Source: Octopus sinensis (taxonomy: Eukaryota). Taken from it: a stretch of DNA of 64,000 nucleotides. The stretch is taken from NCBI RefSeq assembly GCF_006345805.1, contig NC_042997.1:154380001-154444000 (forward strand). The letters are read 5' to 3'. Below are positions 13,066 through 26,137 of the stretch, piece after piece. The position numbers and the translations under genes are program-made. Position 1 is the first letter of the stretch; each line of letters starts with the position of its first letter. The notes under the pieces are model-generated. The model saw only the letters and a program-made list of their open reading frames with translations, made no database searches and was not told the DNA's origin.

Positions 13066-14389
13066 TATGTATGCATTTAAGTAAAATGAAATTCAATGCG
13101 GTTATGTAGACAATTTTTATTCAAAACTGTATTTTCCCAAATACAAGCAACTCGTAGCTACGCTTAATCTCAAGTTGCGGCTTTTGTCAGGTTTTGGAGC
13201 GTAATACATTCAATACTATTCATATGTCATCTAGATGTAACAGACAATGAAATGACTGACTTAAGTAATTGTATGAATATTTATACTTCACAGGAAATGT
13301 GTGAGTGTTAATTAATTAAAGATGGTCAACCCAATAAATGCATAAATATATCAATGATTATTATCAGCTTTCTAAAGCAAGCATTATCTGAATTGTTGGC
13401 TGTTGTATTCTTTGTTGTTGTCACAGATTGTGGCATATGTTAAAGGCATTGTATTCAGCTTCGTAAACAGGGAGGGTTAATGGCTGTTGTTGTTTTCTTT
13501 ATGGATACGAACTTGATGCCGCTGCACAATGGAACATGTGTTAAAGATATCAGCGATGAAGCAATTAGAGCTACGGTGCGAGCGGAGGGTCTGACGTTTC
13601 AGGTGGGGATGGAGCTTGTGGGAGGTGCTTGCATACATATACGACACGTACTTATGCGCACATATTTACATATAAATGTATGAAAAATGAACAGACACAC
13701 AAATACATAAGTATATGCATGGACACACACATATACACACGCTACACATGCACATATACAAACATACATATACCTATACATATTTCATATATATATATAT
13801 GCGTTTATGTACACATCGATATGAGTATACACACACATACTCATGTCTACATAGGAACATAGGTATATTTGCATATATATATAACCAACCTCCTATACCC
13901 GGATATAGAGTGGGTCATGGTACCCCATATACGACTGAGGTGTGAATCACAATCTAAAAGACTTCACCAGGTGGTACTATTAACTTAGACATGGCCTGAG
14001 CCTATACTGGCCGAAACCTATCTGAGTTATCTAAGTTAAGTATGTATGTACGTATGCATGTATGCATGTATGCATGTATGCATATATATTCATGTATGTA
14101 TATATATATGCATGTATGTATGAGGTTAAGAAGTTCCCATGAGTAAGTTTACATTAAAAGATTTTAAAAAATGCTTTGAAAATTTTATCACGAATAAAGG
14201 AAAGAAAATATTTCCATTTTTATCAAAGCATACCACCGGTTTCAATTGTTTTATATGACAATTTAGTCATGCTGTAAGAAGAGGTAAGATAATTTGAAAT
14301 ATACTAAATTAAACTTTCATAATATCACTTCTGAGAGCTCCTATATTTCTTATGAGAATCACATGATGCTAGTTGTCGGTTTCCTTTAG

Positions 14390-14880
14390 ATGGCTGTTGG
14401 GTAGGGGTCGTCGTTGTCGTCGTCGTAGTAGTAGTAGTAGTATTTGTAGCAGCAGAAGCAGCAGTAGTAGTTGTTGTAGTAGTAGTAGTAGTAACAATCT
14501 TTGCAGTTGTAGCTGTCTTTTGTTTCTTACTAGCAATATTGGTGCTAGGCAGTGACTTTTGGTAGTAATAACATCAGTGGTTGTGGCCATCGTTGTGGTG
14601 GCTATATCAATTTCATTAGTAGAAACACCAATAGCAACTTACTCAGTAACTGTAGTGTTAGTGGTGGCGGATATAGTAAATGCCATAAATGTAGCGAGAG
14701 TTGTTTGTTCTTTTCCTTCAGTAACAAGAGTAGGGGTAGCGGTCGTAGCGGGAGTTGTAGCAGAAGTAGAAGCTGTAACAGCAGTAGCAACGGCGGCAAT
14801 AGCAGCAGTAACTCTACTAGTTTTTAGTAGCTGTTGTTGTCCTTTCTCTCCCGCGTTTAGAAGTAGTTGGTACTTGGTTA
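14390..14880. repeat. Degenerate trinucleotide low-complexity tract (GTA/GCA/GTT)
   Basis: Yields poly-L, poly-S and Thr-rich pseudo-ORFs in several frames. Confidence 0.8.
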
Positions 14881-14949
14881 TGAAAATTGTGTCTTTGTTA
14901 CTGCTCTGCAAATTTATATTGGAGGAAGATCGTAAAATTTCTTACCGGT

Positions 14950-16140
14950 ACTTGTATCTTTATGTTTCCGGGTCCTATCTGTTTGCATTCCGGCATTTTA
15001 ATTTGTAATCTATGCAGAATTATACGTTGTCTTACGGACATCTCGGTTTGCCTTATATAATTCTCTCCGCATCCTGCCGTAAGTAGTTCTCTCCACAGGT
15101 AGTACTTAATTACACAGATTAGGTTTTTAGATGCACAGATGAAGATATTCTTTATCGTGAAAAATTGCCCTTATTGAAAATGAATCTCCGACTCTTCTGA
15201 CAGATTTCATCATGTCGTATATTTGGATATTCAGCATTTATTATTTTTTTTGGCCGTTGGATCTATGGTTATTGCATGATATTTAGCCTTTGTTAATGTT
15301 TTTGCATTAATTTGGGCTGTTTTTCATAATAGTATGCGCTTGAAAGATTTGTGTCAGCCTGGTATCTTTTTTAGTGTCGGTATGTTTTTAAACATTGTTT
15401 TTAGGTGAAAAAGTAAAATAGAAGGTTAAAATTTTTCGTTCCGATATATTTGTTTTGTTTGTCTTAGTGATTGGATATTGATTATTATGGGCCGTTGTAT
15501 TCCATTATCGATTACAGCTGTGTGGATAATTCCTATCTGGGAGTGTATGTTTAAGTTTTTGAAACCCTATGTTGCGGATGGTTTCATCGTATACAGATGT
15601 GCAGATTATTTAGGTTATGGGAAACAGTTACTCTGGTTCGTCTCGGAGGACACAAATTAAAAGGTAGTTATTGTTTGGAGTCTATAGATTTATAGTAAAT
15701 GCTTGTCATATGGATAATTTAAAATGTATTCACAGAAGTCATCAAGTATTTTGCTCTTCCTTTTGGTGGTGTGTAGTAGCTGTTGTTTTTTTATCAATGA
15801 TTTATCATCATCATTCTTGTCGTACAACTCTTGTGTGAATTTGAGTCCTTTAGGGAGTACAATAGTTTGTTATACCGTTTTCTGTGATAAATTTATAATT
15901 TTTATTACATTTGTCTTTTCTTGTTCGTATGTTCGACCGGGTATCATTGTCCCCGTGGACAGGATCTAAAAGTGTTTATTACAATCAGGTTGGTGGATGT
16001 TATTAGTATGTCCCCATTGTTATGGTTTACAGCGAAAGCTTGTTGATAGGATTGTTGGATGAGCTTTTGAATTTTATGTTTCGTTGGCGTGTTTCGAGGG
16101 AATTTCGTTGATTGTTGGATAGATTTCGTGGTTATTTCTT
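14950..16140 (-). mobile_element. Decayed, internally deleted Penelope-like element (RT/thumb + GIY-YIG remnant)
   Basis: Minus-strand translation across frameshifts: IICTSVYDETIRN (thumb), FTIKNIFICASKNLICVI..TCGENY..RQTEMSVRQRIILHRLQI (Cys motif + GIY-YIG-like). Confidence 0.72.
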
Positions 16141-16242
16141 ATTTTATTACTCTTTAGCATAGTACTCATGAGACATTCTTACATGCATATACACATGCAT
16201 ACATTCATGAATACACCCGGCACACAGACAGACAGACAGACA

Positions 16243-16288
<46 letters not shown>

Positions 16289-16615
16289 TACACATACACA
16301 CACATACACACATGCTCACAAGTATATATATACATGCATATGTGCAAATACGTCTATGCATATGTATTTTCATATATGGAAATGTGTGAGCATGCATGCG
16401 CGCGCGTTTCTGCGTGTACATTAAAATATTCTGCGCAAAAATAGAAAAGAAAGCTGAGAGCAAATAGCATTATTTGATGGGGTGGGGTTGGGTGGTGGGT
16501 ATGTGAAAGTCTTTGAAGTATCTCGGGAAAATGTATGGGAAGGAACTGGAAAAATATGTTTTCTTATGCATATATAAAACTGTAAAATTTTCTGCATCTC
16601 TATGTGTCTGTCACT

Positions 16616-16647
<32 letters not shown>

Positions 16648-18017
16648 CGTTTCTCTTCCTCTCCGCATAGGTACATATACACACATAATACAGATCTGCG
16701 TGGAAATGGAAATTACATGTGAGGAATATGAATATATTATTAGTAGCAGTCCATTTATTTACTGCATATGTACAAACGTATATAAGCACTTGCATGTGCA
16801 GCTACATGCATTTTCCATGTTTATTGCTGTGAACAAGCCTGCTTCGAAGGCACATATATGTTGATGAAGTGTGGTGGTTGGAAGAGTGCGTGAAAGCGTT
16901 AATCAAGTATCTTCAGTGTGGTTATGTTTATAATACAAACGAATTCTACATGGTGTAAATAATGAAAATAATATTTTCTTTGTTAACAAGGTTTCACAAA
17001 GACGGTCGAGGACAGTAAAGCACGATACAATATGAAGTTATATATTAAGACATGTAAAAATATTAAAAATACATAAACGAAGAAACAATATATTCAAACA
17101 AGATAATTCCCCAAAAGAAGGGAGACCGCCGAAGAAACCCCAGAAAACTAGGGTCACGCTAACCACAAGGGTACATGCCCTCTCAATTTCCTCCTTCTGC
17201 AATTCACAGGTGCGTACAAAGAAAAAAACTCGCTCACTCGACCTACCTTTGCTACTCTCAACAAATTTACTCGTAGACAGCACTTACCTCTCTACTCGCA
17301 CTTTCTTTTTTTAAGAGGAATTAGAAAATGTTGGTGAATGTTTGGCCAAAGACGAAGGTGTTTGTCTTCAGTCCTTTCAGTCTGGTCCTCTACATAACCT
17401 CTTTCACCAAAGCCACCAAGCAGAAAATGACGTCTCTCATTCCTTTCTAAAGCAAAGTGGTGGAACGATCTTCAAAACGGACTCAGCTGATAATAGGATC
17501 CATCGGATGGTGGTGAAAGAGCAAAAAAGAAACCTATATCCTACCAAAGAAGATAGATATATGAAGTTTATTTGAAACATCTCCAGAGTACGTAGTTTGA
17601 AAAAAAAAAAGAAAGTGGAATGGAAGGCTTGCGTTTGCGATAACGGAAATGCTGAGAGTCGTTTGAAAAATAATTGTGGTTCAAAACCCGGATGTGCCCA
17701 CAACACAACATACCTCTACTCTTTCTGATTTGACCTTTTTTTTAACATAACGAGAAAGATGAACTTCATAAACTCTATCAATTGAACAACATAAGCACCT
17801 GAAATAATTGATGAAATTTTTAAATATAAACCTCGGTGTTTCTTTTGTTGTAGACCTAGTCATAATTGCAGAGGAGTCAACAAATAGTGCTTTGCCTGTG
17901 GCTAAGGGCTGTTTTGACTTTTATTTCTAGCAATGCTGGTGCTAACCTGTACTGGTGCCTGTTGGTTCTAAATTGCGACTAGCCACTTTAATAATTTATA
18001 ATTTTCACTCTACTATA

Positions 18018-18348
18018 GGCGCATGTTTCAGTGGTTAGAGCGTCGAGCTTACGATCGTGAGATTATGAGTTCGATTCCCGGACCGGGCTGCGTGTTGTGT
18101 TCTTGAGCAAGGCACTTTATTTCACGTTGCTCCAGTTCACTCAGCTGTGGAAATGAGCTGCGACATCACTGGTGCCAAGCTGTATCAGCCATTGCCTTTC
18201 CCTTGGATAACACAGGTGGTGTGGAGAGGGGAGCCTGGTATGCATGCGCGACTGCTGGCCTTCCATAAACAACCTTGGCCGGTCTTGTACCACGGAGGGT
18301 AACTTTCTAGGTGCAATCCCATGGTCATTCATGACTGAAGGGGATCTC
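18018..18348 (+). mobile_element. SINE family A (tail type 1)
   Basis: High identity to 533-868; B box GTTCGATTCC. Confidence 0.9.
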
Positions 18349-18426
18349 CCCCATTTTACTGGATCAGCCGCTAATTCAGATGGTGTATTTTACATACTGA
18401 ATTAGCTTAACCCTAGGCAACAGAGT

Positions 18427-18478
18427 AGCGTCACTGATGAGGATTAATACTATCCGAAATTATCGATGATCTGACGCT
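18427..18478 (+). ncRNA. Type I hammerhead ribozyme, intact core
   Basis: AGCGTCA-CTGATGA-GGAT(TAATACT)ATCC-GAAA-TTATCGATGA-TC-TGACGCT: 7-bp stem I, 4-bp stem II, near-palindromic stem III, AUC cleavage triplet (C18471). Confidence 0.85.
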
Positions 18479-19296
18479 CTCGCTTGCTGTAAAGAAGCTG
18501 TCTCCCTTGTCAGACAATAGATAGTGCTTTGCCAGTGGCTAAGAATTGTTTTGACTCTTATTTCTAGCAATGCTGGTGCTGACTTGCACCCTTGGTCACT
18601 CCAGTGACGATTGTACTTGTATTTTGTGGTTTTAAATTGCAATTAACCACTTTAATAAGTTACACACACACACGCACACATACACGCACACACGCACACA
18701 TACACACACGCACGCACGCACACACAAACAAGAACACATACGCACATTATAGCTTTATCCACAGTAAAAAAAGATTTTCCACAAGTAAACATGAGAGAAG
18801 AACACAAATATCTAAAATGGCATCGTGCTTCGTAGTCAGTAAACGATAAAGAGTACAAGTGAGATGATACAAGCAGCCTGAGTGGAGCTAATCAACTGAG
18901 ATGTTTTAATAGCAAGAATAGTTGGGCGGTTATTCGCAACATCAGTCAATGCAACATCAATCAATTCGCATTTTCGTCCAAGCATGTGGATAGCTGCAAG
19001 TACACGTCTTTGAAAAGAATCAAAAAGGCCAAAATGTATCTGGCGTTCTTGCTGGTCGATGCCGGAGCGATTTTTTGTTTCTTCCCAGAAATTGTATTTT
19101 TGTCTCACCCGATATGTATTGTGTTTTTAATACAACACGTCAATAAAATATGTTAGTGCGAATACCGCACTAACTGATCTGTCAACGGTGTGTATACATT
19201 AAGTATGATACATGTATGACTAAATAAATAAATATATGAGTAAATATACATATATAAATGTAAGAACTTACTGTGACGTTCGATTATAAAATAAAA

Positions 19297-20056
19297 AATA
19301 CACATTAAGTACAGGATATCACCAACGAGCGAAAATACGTAAACACACAGAGGTAAGTATAGGACAAAATACCAAAAGAAGTCTAACTCCACCTCAGTTG
19401 TCGACCGTTTTACTACTCCCTATTTCGTGCTTTTAACGATAGGAAAACTTTCTCCCCCTCCTTCTCTGCTGTCCTCTTTCTCTCACTCCCTACCACCTTT
19501 CGTTCCTTCTCCCCATTCTCTTCGCTCCCTTTGTTTCTTTCTCTCAATCTCTTTCTTGTCCCCCTCCCCTCTGCCTGTTTCCCACACGTGACTACAGGCA
19601 ATTTCTCTCGCCACTGTCTTTTCTGGATAAGACATCTACCGGGCTGGACGTCATTTCTCACGCCTCCCGTCATTTTTTCTCTTCTACTATTTTCTTCTAT
19701 TCTATTCTATTCTATTTCCTTTAAAAATTTCTCCCAGGTGTTACCCATTACAATTCGACTAGGCCTAACAGCCCTTAATGTTTGTCATCGTCGATTGTTT
19801 ACTTTATATGTCCACTCTGATGTTGTTGTTTGTTCGTTCGAAGACCTAACTCTCCACAAATTTTATATTTTAAAAATTTCTGGATGCCGGTGTCTTATGA
19901 AATTTTCCTATCTTGTTAAAAGCACGAAATAGGGAGTAGTAAAACAGTCGACAATTAGGGAGGAGTTAGGATTCTTTTGGCATTTTGTCCTGTAGTTATC
20001 TCTGTGTGTTTACTTATTTTTCCCTTGTTGGTGATGTCCTATACTTAATGTGTATT
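19297..20056. repeat. Long inverted repeat (~150-bp arms, ~455-bp spacer)
   Basis: 19297-19447 is the imperfect reverse complement of 19903-20056. Confidence 0.85.
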
Positions 20057-20089
20057 ATACATATATATATATATATATATTCTTTTTCT

Positions 20090-20259
20090 TTCCTTTGACT
20101 TCGGCCATGCTGGAGCACCACCTTTAGTGGAGCAAATCGGCCGCAGAACTTATTCTTTGTAAGCCTAGTACTAATTCTATCGGTCTCTTTTACCAAAGTT
20201 ACGGGGACGTAAAACCACCAACATCGATTGTCAAGCGATGTTAGGGGACAAACACACAG

Positions 20260-20294
<35 letters not shown>

Positions 20295-20491
20295 CACAAA
20301 CACATACACAAACACACGCATATACGACGGGCTTCTTTCAGTTTCCGTCTACCAAATCCACTCACAAGGCTTTGGTCGGCCCGAGACTATAGTAGAAGAG
20401 ACTTGCCCAAGGTGCCACGTAGTGGGACTGAACCCGGAACCATGTGGTTGGTAAGCGTAAGCAAGCTTCTTACCACACAGCCGCTCCTGCG

Positions 20492-20494
<3 letters not shown>
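20090..20494 (-). mobile_element. SINE family B
   Basis: Full copy; head ATAGGCGCAGGAGCGGCTGTGTGGTAAG on minus strand, adjacent to (AT)n. Confidence 0.9.

Positions 20495-20577
<83 letters not shown>
20495..20577. repeat. (AT)n microsatellite
   Basis: Read directly. Confidence 0.97.
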
Positions 20578-20579
<2 letters not shown>

Positions 20580-20843
20580 AGTATCTATATATAAAATCAT
20601 AAATGCATACACATACAAATATATGTATGTACACGTTTTATATATATTTGGGTGTATGTTTACGTACAAATGAATGTGGTATGTAGAAGCACTTCTTATA
20701 AATATCTTTCCTACCCGAAGAAAGATGTTCAAAAATGTTTGAAAAACGTAGGAATGTTTTAGTATCCATATTCAATCTGCTGTATTTCACATTGTTGACA
20801 GTTGTTCAGGTTTACATTAAGCCCCAACGATTTAATTAATATA

Positions 20844-21238
20844 TCTTTATATATAAAAGTGAAGTTGTGTGTCTGTCTCCTACGATTTAGATTCCTAACT
20901 ACTCCCACATTTTGCGGTGCAGTTTAACCAAAACCGGGTATCTTATAGTCGTGATTCATATCGAATCCTTCTGGGTATTAGCGCGCGTCTACGATGAGTC
21001 TACGATTTAAAAAAAAAATTACCATCATTTTTTTCATTTTAATGCATTTTTTCGCTATTATATAAGGGAAGTAACTCTCTAAAAATGTCTACGATGAGTC
21101 AACGATTAAAAAAAAAATTACAATCATTTTTTTTCCATTTTTAATGCATTTTTTGCTATTTTTTGGCTATAACTCACTAAAAATGCTTATATAGTTATTT
21201 CCCTTACAAACCCGAGCAACGCCGGGCGATACTGCTAG
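20844..21238 (+). mobile_element. Non-autonomous Helitron with internal ~95-bp duplication
   Basis: A|TC start at 20844, hairpin CCCGAGCAACGCCGGG 21211-21226, CTAG|T end at 21238; homologous to 3456-3758. Confidence 0.82.
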
Positions 21239-21957
21239 TTTACTTATAAGAAGCGTTACATTTATTTATTGAGCCACTTTTGTATTAAGAATCAATATCA
21301 TTTTTGTATATACACGTATGTCTTCTACTGATAGTTGAGCTCTCTCTTGTTACACGAAACATTTTATACACCGATATTCTATGAGTGAATAATCTAATGC
21401 TTAACAGTAGCTACTGAACATTTTGATAACTTTTTGTAAAATGCTTGACTCGCCAGAAGATCCATCAATTTGAAATAATCCATTACGTAACTGGGTTTCA
21501 AATATTTTTGAAAATTTATTTAATACTATCTTTTATTTAATCGGATTTCGCATTGCTGGCAATTATTGATATAGCATGAAACCATTAAGATACGATAAAT
21601 TGTTTTATATATCCATTTATAATAATATTATAACAATATAATAATATTTATAATGATGTATTTACTTATAATAACAATAAAATTTATGTTTGAGTCCTTT
21701 TTTTGTATTATGTATCAATATAATTTATACGCAAACAAATGCACACATATTCACAACGAAATTTACTATAATAATATATTGTGATAATATAACAATATTT
21801 GTGTTTTGAGCACTTTTTGTATTATGAATCAATATCATTTCTACAAATATATACGCACACATATATACACAGCGAAATGTAGAAAATAAATGATATTTAC
21901 AACGACAAAGTGAGTACAAAAACATGTGAAATGTTGAACTATATCCTTGAAATAAAG

Positions 21958-22187
21958 GTGGCGAGCTGGCAGAAACGTTAGCACGGCGGGCGAATTGCGT
22001 AGCCGTATTTCGTCTGCCGTTACGTTCTGAGTTCAAATTCCGCCGAGGTCGACTTTGCCTTTCATCCTTCCGGGGTCGATAAATTAAGTATCCGTTACGC
22101 ACTGGGGTCGAAGTAATCGACTTGAACCGTTTGTCTGTCCTTGTTTGTCCTCTCTGTGTTTAGCCCCTTGTGGGTAGTAAAGAAATA
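21958..22187 (+). mobile_element. SINE family C, full length
   Basis: GGCGAGCTGGCAGAAACGTTAGCACG...GGGTAGTAAAGAAATA. Confidence 0.9.
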
Positions 22188-25100
22188 TATATCCTTGAAA
22201 TATTTGGGAGGTATAATTGTCAAAGGTAACCCTGATAGATATTCGAGCCGAAGATACTAAATTTTGAAAGTCTATGATGTTTCTTTTCATAAAAGTTCTG
22301 TATAAAAACCGCTAAGCTTCTTTAAACACGATAGAATGACAGATTAGTTATTCGATTTCTGTTACAGTGAAGATAGAATTTTAAGTAGTATTATAATGTA
22401 TTCAAAAAATGCGAAACTCTCATTATGCTTTGGACAATGGCCAATTAAGTGCAAATGGAATCGATTTTACCATTTTGTGAAGTACATCATGAGAGAATTT
22501 GACAATACTTAAAAACTACATAATTGTGCTATAATTAGTAAGAACCTTGCGTTATGTCATGTGAAATAAATGTTCCAGTTGAAAATCTTTTCTTCCTAAA
22601 TGGTTATAGGAAGAAATACAGGTCAGAGAAAACATGAAATTGAACGGTTTTAGTCTTTATTTAATGAGCAACATTTTGGGGGCAAAATGGCTATTTTATT
22701 TAGTGTCTTATAGCAGTGCTAGCAGCTGCTTATTTGAAATTATAAATACGACAAAAATATATTTAAAAGTAATTAAAATGGCTACTTTCATAAACATCAA
22801 ATTCTTGGCAAGTCAAGATGTGACAACTTCTCTGTTTATATTATCGAACTATTCTCGTTCTTATCAGATGGGAATTTAGAATATTCCTTGACGTTTGCAG
22901 CTGGAAGTTAACAGTGCATATTAGATCTTTATTGCCGTAAAGCTGTCAACTTTTGATTTAAAAAATTATTTAGAATATCATACTACATGGCTATTAAATA
23001 TATACAGTTAAGCCAGTTTAACGTGTTAAATGCAGCGGAAAGGTCACGCGGTCAACTTGTTAAAATAATAATGCAGTGGGGGAAAGACAACGTTAACTTA
23101 TTGACTAATATTTTTTAATGATTTCAGCAAGTACGAGAGGCAACTGTGGGTATTAAATTAAATTTCCCCACTGAAACACAGACTACATCGTATTTACCGC
23201 TGTTATGTTGAGAAGATCCATAAATAGATGTGTATAATATTGTACACTATTGTTCTTCACACAGATGGCATCTCTGAGCAATTAACCTCTGTTTATTGTT
23301 TAAAATGTACTAATTTTCTAAACTTTCTCGTGTACACTATCGTTCATGTATTTGGTGATTCTCTCATCAGTATTGCAAAAAGTACAGGAAATCTGAGATA
23401 CTGAGGAAATCTGATAAGATCGAAACATACTCAGAGTTCTTTATCATGTTTGTCGAAATGATTAAATCAATATTACTTACTTAGCTAATGTTGAAGTTTT
23501 CTCTCTACTTAATTGTTTCCAGTTATTCACTTTTTTATGTTCATCGCATTAAATATGTTAACATTGACTAAACTAGAACTGCTGAGAAAATAGTCAGGGA
23601 TGAATGTTGCTTTAAAGCTTAATTGTAAAGTGGGATATTTCCTACTTAGTGTAGTAAACAGAAACATTTTAATTTACAGTTCTATTTATACCAAATCAAG
23701 TCTCCACGGGACTGAAGTGGCAGATGTTTTAGGATTGCTTTCCTTTGACATCCTCTAAAAGTGCACAAACTTCTTAACTCTTGATTGCGCAAAAATGATG
23801 GCATAACATTTTCATACACTATGACAAATCACATGATTTTGATAAGATTTTATAGGAATATTTTAGGATTTAACTTTAAATATAACCGTGAGCTCTGATT
23901 TAACAATTGCCCTTCTACTACAAATGATGCATGATTTAAAGGGAGGCGCACATAGCTCCTAAAAATTCCGGATGAGAAGATTATTCATATCATCGATAAA
24001 CTTATCTATAAAACTTCCAACTATTCGCGGGTAATAATTAACGACCTTGAAGCTAAAGTAAGAGGGCTACTAATCTATCTTCAAGCAGAGATATCTTCAA
24101 AACGGTAGGCATGTATCATACTGATGTGCTAGCTAGGAGTGGTGTCAGTGAAAAGATAATTTATGACGATAAGACACACGCGGCAGCAAAATAAATCCAA
24201 GAAGAGTAAAATAATCTGATTTAATTCACCGTAAATCCTAAAAACTACCACGATCAAAACCAGAAATTTCTTACATCATTTTCATCAACATATAAAAGCT
24301 GTAAACCCTCTGACTCACATGTCATTATAGTTATTAATTTCTGTGTAGATAATATAATTACTCAGATCAAATACAATAACTACAAACACATTTTATTGCA
24401 GTTACTACTCTATTAGAAAATCTTTAAGAGTAGAAATCTTCTTTATTCAGAAGCTGCTTATCTAAATACACCGTATATCTATAATCATTACACTCCTGGC
24501 AGTATACAGAAAAATTATGCAGGTAAGACTGCGAAAACTTTTGTGAGTCATTTCTTTCTACATTTTCGTTTCTTCAGATCGACATTTAAAAAATTTATCT
24601 GGAAATTCAGGGACCAATGACACATTGTTGATAAGGCAGACCCATATTTATAATCAAAAGGTTCGAACTGTGTCCGTGTGTTTTTTTAAGGAAATGTAAG
24701 AATATATTAACAAACATAAAATCTTTTTTTTAGACGGTTGATTATGATTTGAGGGAAATTTGGCAGCTATTTCTAGTAGGTTATATGTATACGACCATGA
24801 AGAAGTTCCTTCGTCAAACTAACAAGGAAACCTCTAAGTAGTCGCTAGAAATAACAGTCAAATCTCTCAGTGAAGATGCCGACGACCGCTCGGTTCAAAG
24901 TCTCTCTTGACCAGAAATGGCTTGAACTCTTTGCATGAACACCCTCCCTGCACACAACTCCATGTTCCCCTACATAGCCTTGCTGTTTGCTTTTTGAGCC
25001 AAAAAATTAACTTAACTTAAATTAACTTAGACACTATCTTACCATCATAAAAAAGAAGGACAGTTTGGGTGATATGGTACAAGGTGTATTTTGTCTAGGG

Positions 25101-25519
25101 AAAAGACGGATTGGCCACGATTGAAATGCATTTTATTATAGGTCTGTTCGTCCATGTTGGATCTGGTGATAAATACAACAATAACAACAGTAAGAACTGC
25201 TAATGCAGTGTGAAAGCTAATGCCGTGCGCTCCTCTCTGACAATCCACTCGAACGTTGCATTCTCTACACTCAAATATGCATCTAAATGTATACACAAGT
25301 ATAGGATGTCTATAAAGATTTAAACTCCTGAAAATATGCACCAGCGCTATATGTCGTAATATAATAATGGTGTTGTTCAAATATAAACGGTTTGATAGTT
25401 TACTGGTCTTTCAAATTAATATTGATTTCTTCTGATTGAACTTCTGTTCATTAAACATAGTAACTCATGTGATTTCCCAATAACATCTTATATGCGTATG
25501 CGCATACACATTTTGTATG

Positions 25520-25645
25520 TTTGTATGTATGTGTATGTATGTATGTATGTATGTATGTATGTATGTATGTATGTATGTATGTATGTATGTATGTATGTAT
25601 GTATGTATGCATGTATGAATGAATGCATGACGTACGCCTACTTGC

Positions 25646-25696
<51 letters not shown>

Positions 25697-25761
25697 CAGG
25701 TGTACGTATGTGTATATATATGTTTCTCTCCCCCTCTCTCTGCCTTCTCTCTCTCTCTTTG

Positions 25762-25841
<80 letters not shown>
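25520..25841. repeat. Compound microsatellite (GTAT)n,(AT)n,(CT)n,(CTAT)n
   Basis: Read directly. Confidence 0.95.
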
Positions 25842-25842
<1 letters not shown>

Positions 25843-25844
25843 AA

Positions 25845-26137
25845 AAGCTGTCAGTCCGTCCATTTCGACGACGAGGGTTCCAGATGAAAATCCTGCTCGT
25901 GAAATTAACGTACAAGTGGCCGAGCACTCCACAGACACGCGTACCCTTAACGTAGATCCCAGGGAGATTCAGCATGACGCAGAATAAAGCTGGCCCTTTG
26001 AAATACAGATGCTACTCATTTTCCTTTATTTTGCCAGCTGTGTGAACTGAAGCAACGTGAAATAAAGTGTCTTGCTCAAGGGCCCAACGCGTTGCAGGGA
26101 ATCGAACTCACGACCTTATGACTACTAAGCCACGCAC
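25845..26137 (-). mobile_element. SINE family A head/core with tail type 2
   Basis: GCAACGTGAAATAAAGTGTCTTGCTCAAG and GGAATCGAACTCAC match the reverse complement of the family A core and head; 3' part unrelated to tail type 1. Confidence 0.8.

Noticed and set aside
13990-14020. GGCCTGAGCCTATACTGGCCGAAAC (similar vestige at ~51715)
   Set aside because: Core CUGANGA incomplete; cannot be supported
14369-15008. Thr-rich or hydrophobic ORFs suggesting a mucin or membrane protein
   Set aside because: Degenerate trinucleotide repeat; stops and frameshifts in the Thr-rich frame; overlapping ORFs on both strands
17040-17700. Possible DIRS-type remnant (AAATTTACTCGT end-like motif, weak RNase H-like translation)
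   Set aside because: Similarity too weak to support without a database search
23392-23436. Hammerhead-like CTGAGGA-AATCT(GATA)AGATC-GAAA..
   Set aside because: Stem III and cleavage triplet are missing, and 10.1/11.1 is mismatched; at best a vestige
25045-25380. 111-aa minus-strand ORF
   Set aside because: No recognisable domain or splice support
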